The notes beneath the pieces are model-generated. The model was given only the letters and a program-made list of their open reading frames with translations. It searched no databases and was not told where the DNA came from. Positions 9,608-19,751 of a DNA stretch of 64,000 nucleotides are shown here, in pieces. The position numbers were made by a program, and so were the translations under genes. Origin of the DNA: an uncultured Chloroflexia bacterium (GTDB taxonomy: Bacteria > Chloroflexota > Dehalococcoidia > Dehalococcoidales > RBG-16-60-22); NCBI GenBank assembly GCA_963759785.1, contig CAVXAM010000006.1:210823-274822 (forward strand). Direction: 5' to 3'. The stretch's first letter is position 1. The number at the start of each line of letters is the position of its first letter.

Positions 9608-10258
9608 TCACCCAAGCTTCAGACTCTTTAATATCTTCACGACATCGAAAAAGTCACTAAAAGGATAGCACTTTAGTTTTTCTGCTTTACAAAGTTCTAA
9701 TAAATCGCGTGTAGCGCAGACATAATCAACTTTACGCGCTGAATAAATGTCCGATAATCCGTCGCCGATATAAACCACCCGGTAGCCCTGCAGGCGAAAT
9801 ATATCGGTATAGGCTTCCTTAAATCTGTCGTTGATTTCTTTGCCGTCGGGTCCGATATAGCGCACTTTCATTCCGGCGGGCGAAAAGACATTTTCTGCCG
9901 CGTAGATATCAAGCCCTTTAATACCAAGTTTCCTCAAAATCAGCTTTATATAAAACTCGAGACCATTGCTGACGATAACGACTTTGATGCCTTTATTCTT
10001 ACAGTAGTCGGTAAACTCCCTTAAGCCGGGGCGGGCTTTAGCCTGAGGACTTTTAAGTACGAAATCAGTCAATGTTTTTTCGTCGGCTTTTATCATGCTA
10101 AAGACTTTTTTACTGAAAGCGGCGACGGTTATCTTGCGGTCGGAATATTGTTTCAGGTACTTACGCCAGTCGCCATCGGCGAAAGCATCCAGCAAGAGAA
10201 AACTGATGTCCTCCTCGGTTACTGTGCCATCGAAATCAAGCTGAACGGTGGTTTTCAC
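9608..10258 (-). CDS. HAD-IB family phosphatase (MtnX/phosphoserine-phosphatase-like)
   Basis: 216 aa with DFDGTVT (HAD motif I), VSNG (motif II) and GDGLSD (motif IV). Confidence 0.7.
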   Translation of the reverse strand: MKTTVQLDFDGTVTEEDISFLLLDAFADGDWRKYLKQYSDRKITVAAFSKKVFSMIKADEKTLTDFVLKSPQAKARPGLREFTDYCKNKGIKVVIVSNGLEFYIKLILRKLGIKGLDIYAAENVFSPAGMKVRYIGPDGKEINDRFKEAYTDIFRLQGYRVVYIGDGLSDIYSARKVDYVCATRDLLELCKAEKLKCYPFSDFFDVVKILKSLKLG

Positions 10259-10275
10259 GCTATTGGGACTCCTCT

Positions 10276-11253
10276 CTAAACATGCAATTCTATAATATCC
10301 CCATCCTGTAGAACGTGGTCGCGTTTGACCATGATGCCGTCGAACTTGCCGGAGCCCCAGACGCGGGCGTACTTCATCCGCTGGGCGAAGGACTTATGTA
10401 TAGACGTCGCCGCCATTTCCAGCGTGCCGCCCGTCTTTAAAATAATAGGGTCGGTCATATCCGGTTTGCCGCCGGGTTCTTTAGTATAAACGCGGATTAC
10501 ATCCAGCATCTCGTAAGTCTTTTTCTTAAGCTCGTCCAGGTTGCCGGTGGCGTTTGTTGTGATAATAGGCAATGCTGCGCCGTACATTTCTCGTAAATCC
10601 TTTAAATTCATGCCGTCGGGGTCGAGGTCGGCTTTATTAGCGACGAGCAACGTCTTCTTATAATTCACTACCGATTCCTCGTCGTTTTCCGCCGGAGGTG
10701 CTTTACCCAGCATGATATTTTTCCCCTGCAACATCGTTATTAAGGTATCCGTCTGTGTTAAGGCGTCCTGGCTCAAGTCTACGACGACTAATAAAGCGTC
10801 CGCCCGTCGGATGATGTTCAAGAGCCACCATTCCGGGGGCTGTTCGCCGAGGGGCGGTGTATCGATGAGCTGTATCTGGACGTTTTCGAAGTGCATCATC
10901 CCGGGGGTAGCGGTCTGGGTGGTATAAGGGTAGGCGGCGACGGTGGGTTTAGCGTTAGTGACCGCGGCGACGATTTGCGACTTGCCGGTGTTGGGCGGAC
11001 CGATAACGGCGACCTGGGCGGCGCCGGCTTTTTCGATTTTCGTTGTCGAGTGCTGGGTAGCCGCTTTTTTATCCATCGATTTAGAAAGGTTGGCGATTTT
11101 GGTGCGGAGTTCGGCGCGGAGATGGTCGGTGCCTTTATGCTTGGGCATGACCGCCAGCATTTCCTCCAGCCAGGCGATTTTTTCCTGCGTGGTTTTGGCA
11201 GCGCGGTAGTTCTTTTCCGCTTCAAGGTATTGCGGTGTTAAATTGGCAGGCAT
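10276..11253 (-). CDS. Obg/DRG-like GTPase with C-terminal TGS domain
   Basis: 325 aa with G1 GPPNTGKS, G3 DTPP, G4 NKAD and a C-terminal TGS-like segment (VLQDGDIIELHV). Confidence 0.8.
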   Translation of the reverse strand: MPANLTPQYLEAEKNYRAAKTTQEKIAWLEEMLAVMPKHKGTDHLRAELRTKIANLSKSMDKKAATQHSTTKIEKAGAAQVAVIGPPNTGKSQIVAAVTNAKPTVAAYPYTTQTATPGMMHFENVQIQLIDTPPLGEQPPEWWLLNIIRRADALLVVVDLSQDALTQTDTLITMLQGKNIMLGKAPPAENDEESVVNYKKTLLVANKADLDPDGMNLKDLREMYGAALPIITTNATGNLDELKKKTYEMLDVIRVYTKEPGGKPDMTDPIILKTGGTLEMAATSIHKSFAQRMKYARVWGSGKFDGIMVKRDHVLQDGDIIELHV

Positions 11254-11255
11254 GA

Positions 11256-13133
11256 CTAGAGGTACTCCTTTATTTTCTTTGCCTGCGTCGATGATACGCC
11301 AGCGGCAGCGACCAACTCTTCGATAGAGGCTTCTCTAATGCGCTGAATCGACCCGAACTGACGCAGCAGGGCACTCTTACGCCGCGGACCTATACCCGGA
11401 ATACCATCCATTATCGAAGTGAACGATTTTTTGCGGTGCAGATTGGAGAAATAGCTGATAGCAAAGCGATGCGCTTCATCCCGCAGTCGCTGTAGCAACT
11501 GAAGTCCGGCTGAAGTCTTCGGTAAAATTAAGGGCTTGGCCCTTTTCGGGAGATATATCTCCTCGTTTTCTTTAGCCAGACTCGCTAAAGGAACAGTCAC
11601 TCTCAACTCATCGAATACCGCTCTAGCCGCATTAAGCTGTCCCTTACCGCCATCGATAAGGACAAGGTCGGGCATGATATTCCATGTTTCGCCGGCAGTG
11701 TCGCCGTGTTTAAAGCGCCGCCGCAGCACTTCCTGCAGCATCGCGTAATCGTTGGCGCCTTCGACTGTCTTAATTCTAAAGCGCCGGTAATGGGAAGTTT
11801 TCGGACGGCCGTTTTCAAAAACCGCCATACTCCCCACCGCCGAAGTCCCCTGGATATTAGAAATGTCGTACCCCTCGATACGATTGGGGGACGCCGATAA
11901 TTTTAGTTCGGTCGCCAGTTCGGCTAAAGCGGTATCCAGCGACTTTCCTGTAGTCAATTCACGGATTTTTATTTGCTCAAAGCTCTGGCGGGCGTTTTCC
12001 GCCGCCATATCTACCAGCTGTTTCTTCAAACCTTTCTGTGGCACTATTATGTCAACCGCCCCTCCCCTTTTTCCCTTCAGCCATTCCCGGACAACTTCCC
12101 TATCCTCCACGGGGTACTGTAAAACCAATAACGGCGGTAGTTGCGGTGAGGCGGAATAATACTGGGTGATAAAGCCAGTCATTATTTTAGTAGGCGGCTC
12201 CTCGCGGGTACCCCGCATCATAAAGCCTTCCCGTCCCGTCAGCTTGTTATCTCTTATAAATAACACCTGTACGAACGCCTGGTCGCCTTCCTGGACGAAA
12301 GCGATAACGTCCTCTTCGCCGCGGATGACAGCGGCGATTTTCTCCCCTTCGATAACCTCATGCATCGCCTGAATCTGGTCACGGATGTGGGCGGCGCTCT
12401 CAAAGTCCATCGCTTCGGAAGCACGGTTCATCTTCTCGTGTAATTGCTTGATAACGTTGTCTCTTTTACCTTCCAGGAAAAGCACGACTTCGTTGATGAC
12501 CTGTTTATAATCGCCCGGATTAACGTTGCCGGTACAGGGGGCTAAACAATGACCCAGATGGTATTCCAGGCAAGGCCGGCGGGGCTTGTTAAGCTCCTGA
12601 CTGCAAAAACGTAAAGGGAAAAGCCGTTTAATTAGACGGAGGGTCTGTTTGACGGATGCGCTGTTTGAGAAGGGACCGAAGTAACGTCCGCCATCCTGCT
12701 CGAAGCGCCGGGTGACATAGATCCGCGGCCATTTTTCTTTAACATCGAGTTTCAGGTAAGGGAAGCTCTTATCGTCTTTAAGCATGATGTTGAAGTGCGG
12801 GCGGTATTGCTTAATGAAGTTGCACTCCATAATGAGCGCTTCTTTTTCGGAACCGGCCACGAAAAAATCGATATTATTGATATGGGCTACCAGGCTGCGA
12901 GTCTTTTGGTCGAGCCTGGCTGGCGACTGAAAATACGACCGCACGCGGTGGCTTAAATCCTTGGCTTTACCCACGTAAATAACGTTTTTCGCCGCGTCGC
13001 GGTAGATGTAAACGCCGGGGCGGTGGGGTAGTCGCTGAAGCTGCTCGGCGATGGTGGGATTATTGACTCTTGTTTCTCTATCCATTGCTAAGCTTATTCT
13101 AGCATAGCCGGAATGAGGAGCAAAGAGAGTCAA
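11256..13133 (-). CDS. uvrC: Excinuclease ABC subunit C
   Basis: GIY-YIG motif (GVYIYRDAAKNVIYVGKAKDL), UVR domain, endonuclease V-like domain and C-terminal HhH. The true start may be the ATG at 13085 (MDRETR…) rather than the TTG at 13133. Confidence 0.9.
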   Translation of the reverse strand: MTLFAPHSGYARISLAMDRETRVNNPTIAEQLQRLPHRPGVYIYRDAAKNVIYVGKAKDLSHRVRSYFQSPARLDQKTRSLVAHINNIDFFVAGSEKEALIMECNFIKQYRPHFNIMLKDDKSFPYLKLDVKEKWPRIYVTRRFEQDGGRYFGPFSNSASVKQTLRLIKRLFPLRFCSQELNKPRRPCLEYHLGHCLAPCTGNVNPGDYKQVINEVVLFLEGKRDNVIKQLHEKMNRASEAMDFESAAHIRDQIQAMHEVIEGEKIAAVIRGEEDVIAFVQEGDQAFVQVLFIRDNKLTGREGFMMRGTREEPPTKIMTGFITQYYSASPQLPPLLVLQYPVEDREVVREWLKGKRGGAVDIIVPQKGLKKQLVDMAAENARQSFEQIKIRELTTGKSLDTALAELATELKLSASPNRIEGYDISNIQGTSAVGSMAVFENGRPKTSHYRRFRIKTVEGANDYAMLQEVLRRRFKHGDTAGETWNIMPDLVLIDGGKGQLNAARAVFDELRVTVPLASLAKENEEIYLPKRAKPLILPKTSAGLQLLQRLRDEAHRFAISYFSNLHRKKSFTSIMDGIPGIGPRRKSALLRQFGSIQRIREASIEELVAAAGVSSTQAKKIKEYL

Positions 13134-13139
13134 ACATAG

Positions 13140-13706
13140 CTAAAGCAAGTGTTCCAGGAGAATTTCAATGCCTATACCGATGAGTATAACGCCGCCGATA
13201 ATTTCTGCCCGTTTGCCTACTAAAACCCCCACCCTGTTACCGATAAGCTGTCCGATAATCGTAATGATAAACGCTGTGACTCCGATAGTCGCGCTGGCGA
13301 CGGCGATGTCTACGGCTAAAAAAGCGAAGCTTAATCCTACCGCCAGGGCATCGATGCTGGTGGCGATAGATAAAGCTAAAAGAGTCAACCAGCCGCTATA
13401 ATTTTTCGCTTTTTTGCCGGACTTCCCGTGGAACGACTCCCAAATCATCCGCCCGCCGATAAGCACGAGTAAACCGAAGGCCAGCCAATGGTCGTAAGCC
13501 GAGATAAAGTCGATAACCGCCCTACCCGCCAGCCACCCCAGTAACACCATCAAAGCCTGGAAAATACCGAAAGCGAGCGGAAAACGAAAGAAACGCGATA
13601 ATACGAAATGTTTGGTCGCAATACTGGAACTCAAAGCAACAGCAAAACAGTCAGCCGATAAGCCGAGGGCAATAAGTAAAATGGATAAGAAGCTGGTATT
13701 TGACAC
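13140..13706 (-). CDS. mntP: Manganese efflux pump MntP family
   Basis: 188 aa, six hydrophobic helices, duplicated D-x-F/L-A-V motifs (SADCFAVAL, SIDALAVGL). Confidence 0.8.
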   Translation of the reverse strand: MSNTSFLSILLIALGLSADCFAVALSSSIATKHFVLSRFFRFPLAFGIFQALMVLLGWLAGRAVIDFISAYDHWLAFGLLVLIGGRMIWESFHGKSGKKAKNYSGWLTLLALSIATSIDALAVGLSFAFLAVDIAVASATIGVTAFIITIIGQLIGNRVGVLVGKRAEIIGGVILIGIGIEILLEHLL

Positions 13707-13734
13707 TGGTTAATTATGGCATACGAGCGGCTAA

Positions 13735-14415
13735 CTAAACCAGCTTGATTAAACCCTGCTTTATGGCGACCACGACGGCTTCGGTGCGGGCGTTGGCGTT
13801 GAGTTTACGCAAGATAGAGGTGACGTGGTTTTTAATCGTCTGCTCGCTAATGCCTAGTTCAGCGGCAATCTGCTTATTCAGGTAGCCCTGGGCGATGTAT
13901 TCCAGGATTTCAATTTCCCGGGGGGTAAGGGGTGAGATAAAGGGTCCGGCTTCGGCACGCGACGTTAACTCCTGGAACTGCTGTAAGACGTGTTCGGCTA
14001 CTTTAGGGCGGTTAGTCAGGCTTTCATTGATAGGATGCTCGCCGTTGTTGACGCGTCGGATAATTTCGACAAGCTGGTTAGCAGTGACCTCTTTATTCAG
14101 ATAAGCCACCGCCTGCGCCTTGATAGCCATAAATAATTGGTTATCTTCCGGGTTAGACGTAAGTAGGACAACACCGATATTCGGCGAACGCTGTTTTATT
14201 TTACGCGCCAGTTCGAGGCCGTTTTCCGATTGGCCATCGAGGTCAAGCAGCACCACATCCGGCGGAAGATTATCGATAGTTTTTAAAACATCATTATTGA
14301 GACCAATCGTGCCTAAAATAACAATATCGTTAGTATCAGAAAATGTCTGCTCTAGAGCCTGCAGAAATAAAGATTGCTGGCTGATGATAAATATTTGTAT
14401 TTTATTATTGTTCAT
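13735..14415 (-). CDS. NarL/LuxR-type response regulator with atypical receiver domain
   Basis: Receiver plus C-terminal LuxR HTH (LTPREIEILEYIAQGYLNKQIAAELGISEQTIKNH). A phospho-acceptor Asp context is present (VVLLDLD). The N-terminal acidic pair is replaced by SQQ (IFIISQQS). Confidence 0.8.
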   Translation of the reverse strand: MNNNKIQIFIISQQSLFLQALEQTFSDTNDIVILGTIGLNNDVLKTIDNLPPDVVLLDLDGQSENGLELARKIKQRSPNIGVVLLTSNPEDNQLFMAIKAQAVAYLNKEVTANQLVEIIRRVNNGEHPINESLTNRPKVAEHVLQQFQELTSRAEAGPFISPLTPREIEILEYIAQGYLNKQIAAELGISEQTIKNHVTSILRKLNANARTEAVVVAIKQGLIKLV

Positions 14416-14429
14416 AGTTACTCAACAGT

Positions 14430-17400
14430 TCAGGTAGCTGATGAAGGACCTGAACCACTTTCCTTCCTTGCCTTTTCGCTATCGTCATCAGTTTTCTTTT
14501 CAAAGATAGAGATGAATTTTTCGACCAGGTACGGGTCAAAATCCTTACCGGCAAGACTCTTTATTTCTTCAAGAGCAATTTCATGAGTAACAGTTTCCGA
14601 GTATGACCTTTCCGAGGTCATGTTGGCGAATTTATTCGCGATAGTCAGAATCCGAGATATTATAGGGATATCTTCACCCTTTTGTCCATCGGGGTAGCCG
14701 GTGCCGTCGAATCTTTCATGGTGATGTAAGATAGGTTCAACGCAATCGGCAAGCTGCGGTATGTTTTTTATCATATCGACAGCAAGCTGGGGATGAGTAT
14801 TAAATATTGCCCTTTCTTCTTTAGTAAATTCGCCGGATTTGCCTATTATATCATTGCTGATACATAATTTCCCGATATCGTGCAATAAGCCGCAGTTTTC
14901 GACCCTTATGGTTTCCTCATTATTAAATCCTAACGCTTTAGCCAGGGCAAGGGCATAGCCGGTAACCTTCTTAGAATGTTTATTGGTGTAATAGCTCCTT
15001 GAATCCACCATCTCCGAAAAAGCGCCAATGATACTGGTTAACTTAGTTTTGAAGTCAACTTCCGACATTTCACCAATATCCTGAAGTGCTATTCCAGGGA
15101 GAGACCCGGAGGCGCATAAGGTTTGGTTACCACCACTGCGTTTGGCACGATAAAGGGTGACATCAGCCGATGCGATGATATCGGTATGAGAAATACCGTC
15201 ATCCGGCCAGGAAGCTACGCCGATACTGGCGGTAATGTTTATCTTGTCGGGGTCAATGTCAACTCCGATTTTCTCGCGCACCCTTTCTAATACCGAAAGA
15301 GCCGCGTCAACCGTCGTCTGTGGAAGTAGAACGGCGAACTCATCGCCGCCATAGCGGAAGGCGTAATCAGAAGTGCGGAGGGCGGACTTGATATTATTAC
15401 CGATAATTTTCAAGAGGTCATCGCCGGCGAGGTGCCCGTAGGTATCGTTGTAGGCTTTAAACGAATCGAGGTCGAGAATAGCCAGCGAGAATGTGCCGCC
15501 ATAACGGGAGTGCCGGCTGATTTCGCTGTCTATCATTTCGTCCAGCGAGCGGCGGTTATATAAACCGGTAAGTTCGTCGACGCGTGCTTTCTTTTCAGCC
15601 CGGGCGTATAGCTGGGAGTTTTCCAGCGGCATAGCTATTTGTGAAGCGAGTTGCTCTAACAGGCGGACGTGACGCTGGACGAAGGCATGGGGCGTTTTAC
15701 TACAGAGGATAAAGCTACCGATAATTTTGCCCTTAGCGATGAGAGGCAGGTAAGCCGTGGAGCGTAAACCGTGTTCGTAGAAGAATTCGCTGGTTGTGAA
15801 ATATTTTTCGACAGCGAGGTCGGGTTCAATAAACGGTTTTTTCTGCGAGACAACCCAGGCCGTGCCCGTCCGTTCCATCGGGACTCTATCGCCTATCTGG
15901 TAAGCCGAGGATTCCGGCGCAGATAACGCGACACAAACAAACTCATCCTCGTCAATCAGCACGATGGACGCCCAGGTAACATCGACCACTTTTTTCAATT
16001 CTTCTACGAAACTGCCAAAAATCTCCTGAATATCCAGGCTCGACGCCAGAATCACACTGGAATTATTGATAACGGAAATTTCCTCTTCACGCTCTCTAAG
16101 CTGCTCACGGAGGTATTCTTTTTCCATACTAACCGCAACGCGGTTGGTGACATTCTCAATCATGCTCAAATTTTCTAATGAGAAGCGACCCGACTTCTTT
16201 TCGCCCAGTACCAGTATCGCGATTAAACGCTCGCGGCTGATAAGCGGTATAAACATAGTAATATTCTTTGATTCGATTTCTTCTCTTTCCTGCGGCCAAA
16301 GGCTTAAGAAAGAAGGTAGTATCGCCAGGTTTTCTTTAGTAAGGAATTCCTTTTCTTTTTCCAGGTACTTGATGATAGGATTATTTGACCTTAGTCTGAA
16401 ATTGACTAAAAGGTTATTACCCTGCGGCTCGTAGAACTGGGCGTGTAAATCCCCGGTATCGGCTTCGGGGAAAAGCAAACAGGCTTGTTTAATGTTAAGC
16501 GCTTTTACCAGCAGGCTTAGTAACTCGCCGCCTTGCTCTTTTAGACTGAAAACGTTATGTATTTTACTGGTAAAATTATGCAATTCCTGTTGCGATTGAT
16601 AATTGGAGCCTTGGAAAGCGCGACTCAACATGATAACAAAGCGGTCCCGTACAAAGTAAATTAAGAGCGATAATCCGACCGCTAAAACCGAAGCGGCGAT
16701 TGAAGCATAAACATCCAGTTCAAAGTTAAAGATTTTTTGAGCGATAATCAGTAAAAGCCAATAAATAGCGAGCCCGACAAACATGATGGCTACTAATACC
16801 GTGCCTCGTTTAAGAATGAGTTTAATATCAACTAACTGGTGTCGAATTACCGCATAGCTCAAGATGAAAGCATTGATTAGGTTGCCATAATGAGGAATGG
16901 GGAAAGCATCGCCCCATGACGGAATACTTAGTGCTGTAGTTATTGTTAATGCCGAAATACCTAATATCAGAGCCAGAACCTGATTATGTAGTACGGGATT
17001 GGTTTGATTTTTTAACATTTTTCCAAAAACATAAAAATTCCTGGCTGCCAGGGTCACGATAGGAATCGCTACGAAAATGACTCCTATAAGATATTTGCCG
17101 CTAACTAAATTCCCATTCGTAGCAACGTCGCTTGTTACGTATCCTAAAGCAGTTAAAGTTATCGTAGGTATCAGCGTTAAATAGGCAAAAGGTAACCATT
17201 TATTTTTTCGCGGTGGATAAAACGAAGTAGTAAAATGATGGAATTGCACAACCATGACCGAAAAGGAAATAACAACGAGTCTAAATAGGATATTATTGTG
17301 TTCCGAAAAAAAGTTTCCGCGATAGAAAAAATCGATTAAGCTCCATGACAAAGCGGCTAGTAAAAAGACCGTGAACAGGATATTCCGCCTTTGCCACGGA

Positions 17401-17477
17401 CGGCTACTAATCGTTGTAAGTAATAATGGTATATATGCAATAACAGCTACTAAAGGAGCTACGGCATATGCATTCAT
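14430..17477 (-). CDS. Membrane sensor: N-terminal 7TM region, GAF domains, GGDEF diguanylate cyclase, HD-GYP phosphodiesterase
   Basis: 1015 aa with about 7 N-terminal TM helices. Intact GGDEF with an RxxD I-site five residues upstream (RTSD-YAFRY-GGDEF). HD-GYP signature present (HDIGK … HHHERFDGTGYP). Confidence 0.85.
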   Translation of the reverse strand: MNAYAVAPLVAVIAYIPLLLTTISSRPWQRRNILFTVFLLAALSWSLIDFFYRGNFFSEHNNILFRLVVISFSVMVVQFHHFTTSFYPPRKNKWLPFAYLTLIPTITLTALGYVTSDVATNGNLVSGKYLIGVIFVAIPIVTLAARNFYVFGKMLKNQTNPVLHNQVLALILGISALTITTALSIPSWGDAFPIPHYGNLINAFILSYAVIRHQLVDIKLILKRGTVLVAIMFVGLAIYWLLLIIAQKIFNFELDVYASIAASVLAVGLSLLIYFVRDRFVIMLSRAFQGSNYQSQQELHNFTSKIHNVFSLKEQGGELLSLLVKALNIKQACLLFPEADTGDLHAQFYEPQGNNLLVNFRLRSNNPIIKYLEKEKEFLTKENLAILPSFLSLWPQEREEIESKNITMFIPLISRERLIAILVLGEKKSGRFSLENLSMIENVTNRVAVSMEKEYLREQLREREEEISVINNSSVILASSLDIQEIFGSFVEELKKVVDVTWASIVLIDEDEFVCVALSAPESSAYQIGDRVPMERTGTAWVVSQKKPFIEPDLAVEKYFTTSEFFYEHGLRSTAYLPLIAKGKIIGSFILCSKTPHAFVQRHVRLLEQLASQIAMPLENSQLYARAEKKARVDELTGLYNRRSLDEMIDSEISRHSRYGGTFSLAILDLDSFKAYNDTYGHLAGDDLLKIIGNNIKSALRTSDYAFRYGGDEFAVLLPQTTVDAALSVLERVREKIGVDIDPDKINITASIGVASWPDDGISHTDIIASADVTLYRAKRSGGNQTLCASGSLPGIALQDIGEMSEVDFKTKLTSIIGAFSEMVDSRSYYTNKHSKKVTGYALALAKALGFNNEETIRVENCGLLHDIGKLCISNDIIGKSGEFTKEERAIFNTHPQLAVDMIKNIPQLADCVEPILHHHERFDGTGYPDGQKGEDIPIISRILTIANKFANMTSERSYSETVTHEIALEEIKSLAGKDFDPYLVEKFISIFEKKTDDDSEKARKESGSGPSSAT

Positions 17478-17566
17478 ACAAGGGAATTATAGACTATATA
17501 TTACGACTGTCAAGGGGTAACTAAAGTCAGCACACCAACGTAAGGGAAACTAAAGTACTATGATTT

Positions 17567-19246
17567 TTAGGGTATTTGGGCTGTTTTCGGCTCTTTTTCG
17601 ACCGTTTCACCGATTTTTACCACTTCGATGACTTCTTCGGATTCACCGAGCAAAAGCGATAAAATCCGGTCGGAAGGGTTGATGTGGGGAGGTTTCAGGT
17701 GGGCTAAATCGGCACCTTCACTCTGTCTTTTAGATATATAATTGGTAAAAGTACCTTTGGGTAACAGATGAACATCGATTTTTAGTTCCGCCATATCTGT
17801 TAATTTATTCTGCGCAACCGTTTGGTTCAAATTGCTGACGTTTTGAGAGATAAGGTTTTCATATATTTTCTTCGTCATGTCTTCTGTGCTTATTTGAAAA
17901 CCATTCTTTAATTCAAGAAAAATATCAAGCGTCCGGCTTTCTTTATTCTTACTGGCTACCCAATCCTCATAAGGAATTGCGGTATTATTTATCGCCTGCC
18001 AGATAGATTTTTCAGAGAGTCTAACGGCATACAAATCGATTACATCATCAACACGACGCTCAAAAGTCATTTGCGGTAAACCTATACCAAGTTTATCGTT
18101 ACTTAGAGATGTAATTTTTATCATATCGCCGATGCGGTACCTGACTAACGAACCACCATGAAGGGCAGTAATAACAATTTCATAGTTTTCACCAGGCTCG
18201 ACTTCATCGAGTAATATGGTTTTCATCTTATAGCTGCGGTCCATTTGCCATTTTAGCAATTCATCTTCCGGGATGAACTCAAAAAAGTTTAAACTCGGAA
18301 TAAAGGTCATACCTTCGTAGTCCCAGGTTTGGGTGGCGATAACGCCGCCTTCAGTGCAGGAATAAATATCTAAAGGCGTTTTTCCCCATAACTCCTGGAT
18401 TTGTTCTTTATAAACAATGCTATCGACACCGCTACTGATAATACCCTTTAAAGACCAAATATCTTTCGGTAATACCGCTCTATTGGCGATAAGGCTTCGC
18501 ATTTTTGCCCCTACCAGACGCCAGAGAGCTCGCGGCCGGCGGATATAATTAAGAACGTTAATTTTACCGGATGAGTCGCGTAATTTCTCGCCAACCTTAG
18601 CCAATACTAAAGAAAGCCCGAAAAATATGTCCAATCCTTCCGATAGAGCCTGGTTAAAACCCGTAACGACTCTTTCTTCATAAGACAGTTTTTCAGCTAT
18701 CTCAAGATTAGGCAGGTATTTTATGGTCGTTTGCAATCTTAATACATCGGCAAAAGTGCCCGATATATATGGCCTGGGAGCGACCGAATATAGTATTTTT
18801 TGCTTTTGTGGCATTTGTGAAACATCCCCCCAATCCCTGCAACAAGCTAATATACCGATGCCACAAAGAACTTTACTTAACTCTTGAACATAAGCCGAAG
18901 AAAAGGGAACCCATTTATAGTTATAATCTCCGCTCCAGCCCGAGCTGTGTGCCCATAAGGCTGGTTTAGCAACGAGAGTATCTTCTTGTTTTTCCAGGAG
19001 TTCGGGGCAATAATCCTTATAAGAGGTTAGCGGTACCAGTTCACGAAACTCCTCGATGGAGGTTGGTTTAGCACCCCGCATGATTTTTCGACCGATAGGT
19101 GAGTTATTAAGTAACTCTAGCTGCTGCAAAAGGAGGCTTTTCTGGATTTCCATGAATTCTTGAATATCAAATTTAAGGAAACCACAGCACATTTGCCACA
19201 GCTCTTCGTCCCGGCCTTCTCTTAAAAGGTCTATCGCTCTAGGCAC
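17567..19246 (-). CDS. GH3-family adenylate-forming enzyme (acyl acid-amido synthetase-like)
   Basis: 559 aa. Matches GH3 landmarks: VPLTSYKDY, SSGWSGDYNYKWVP (in place of SSGTTxGxxKxxP), YSCTEG, FFEFIP, YEIVIT…LVRYRIGD. Confidence 0.65.
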   Translation of the reverse strand: MPRAIDLLREGRDEELWQMCCGFLKFDIQEFMEIQKSLLLQQLELLNNSPIGRKIMRGAKPTSIEEFRELVPLTSYKDYCPELLEKQEDTLVAKPALWAHSSGWSGDYNYKWVPFSSAYVQELSKVLCGIGILACCRDWGDVSQMPQKQKILYSVAPRPYISGTFADVLRLQTTIKYLPNLEIAEKLSYEERVVTGFNQALSEGLDIFFGLSLVLAKVGEKLRDSSGKINVLNYIRRPRALWRLVGAKMRSLIANRAVLPKDIWSLKGIISSGVDSIVYKEQIQELWGKTPLDIYSCTEGGVIATQTWDYEGMTFIPSLNFFEFIPEDELLKWQMDRSYKMKTILLDEVEPGENYEIVITALHGGSLVRYRIGDMIKITSLSNDKLGIGLPQMTFERRVDDVIDLYAVRLSEKSIWQAINNTAIPYEDWVASKNKESRTLDIFLELKNGFQISTEDMTKKIYENLISQNVSNLNQTVAQNKLTDMAELKIDVHLLPKGTFTNYISKRQSEGADLAHLKPPHINPSDRILSLLLGESEEVIEVVKIGETVEKEPKTAQIP

Positions 19247-19409
19247 GTGTCACTCCCCAAAGCTAACTTACGTAGGAAAAAAAGACCTACAGCAATAGCC
19301 TAGGTGATTGACGTTAGCTGGGGAAGTGATTGTGTTCTAGAACATAGTTCTATTCATTTAGGGGAAAAAAGATATTTGGAAATCCGGATGGATGATAAGA
19401 AAGCCTGAT

Positions 19410-19751
19410 TTAGGCTTCTTCGGAGTTTTTATTGAGCTTTAAGAAGTCTTCCAGCTGCTTGTTTAGTACCTGGAGGTCGGGACTCTTATCCTTGCCCGTG
19501 GTCATACCGTAGCTGATAAAAAACTGGAGGAAATTATGCAGCAGATCCATCATTTGACGGCTAAAATATTGGAATTCTTCTTGCGAGACGCTATTTTTCT
19601 TATCTAACTGTTCTTTTAGCTGGCATTGAATAAGATAATTGACAAACTCCGTACGGTTCATCTCGCCGCGGTGTTCGTCAATCTGCTTGACGATATCTTC
19701 TTTGACGACCATTATTAAATCGTCTTCGTCTAGTAAAAGGGTCCTTCTCAT
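19410..19751 (-). CDS. Hypothetical small protein, possible ribbon-helix-helix DNA-binding fold
   Basis: 113 aa. The MNRTEFVNYLIQ segment resembles CopG/RHH proteins. Flanked by AT-rich spacers. No confident family assignment. Confidence 0.45.
   Translation of the reverse strand: MRRTLLLDEDDLIMVVKEDIVKQIDEHRGEMNRTEFVNYLIQCQLKEQLDKKNSVSQEEFQYFSRQMMDLLHNFLQFFISYGMTTGKDKSPDLQVLNKQLEDFLKLNKNSEEA

Noticed and set aside
10891-11241. Three extra overlapping ORFs (10891..11241+, 10896..11225-, 10943..11209+) inside the GTPase gene as evidence of overprinted genes
   Set aside because: This is a locally GC-rich, stop-poor stretch. The alternative translations are Gly/Arg/Pro-rich low complexity, while the GTPase frame carries the G1 motif there.
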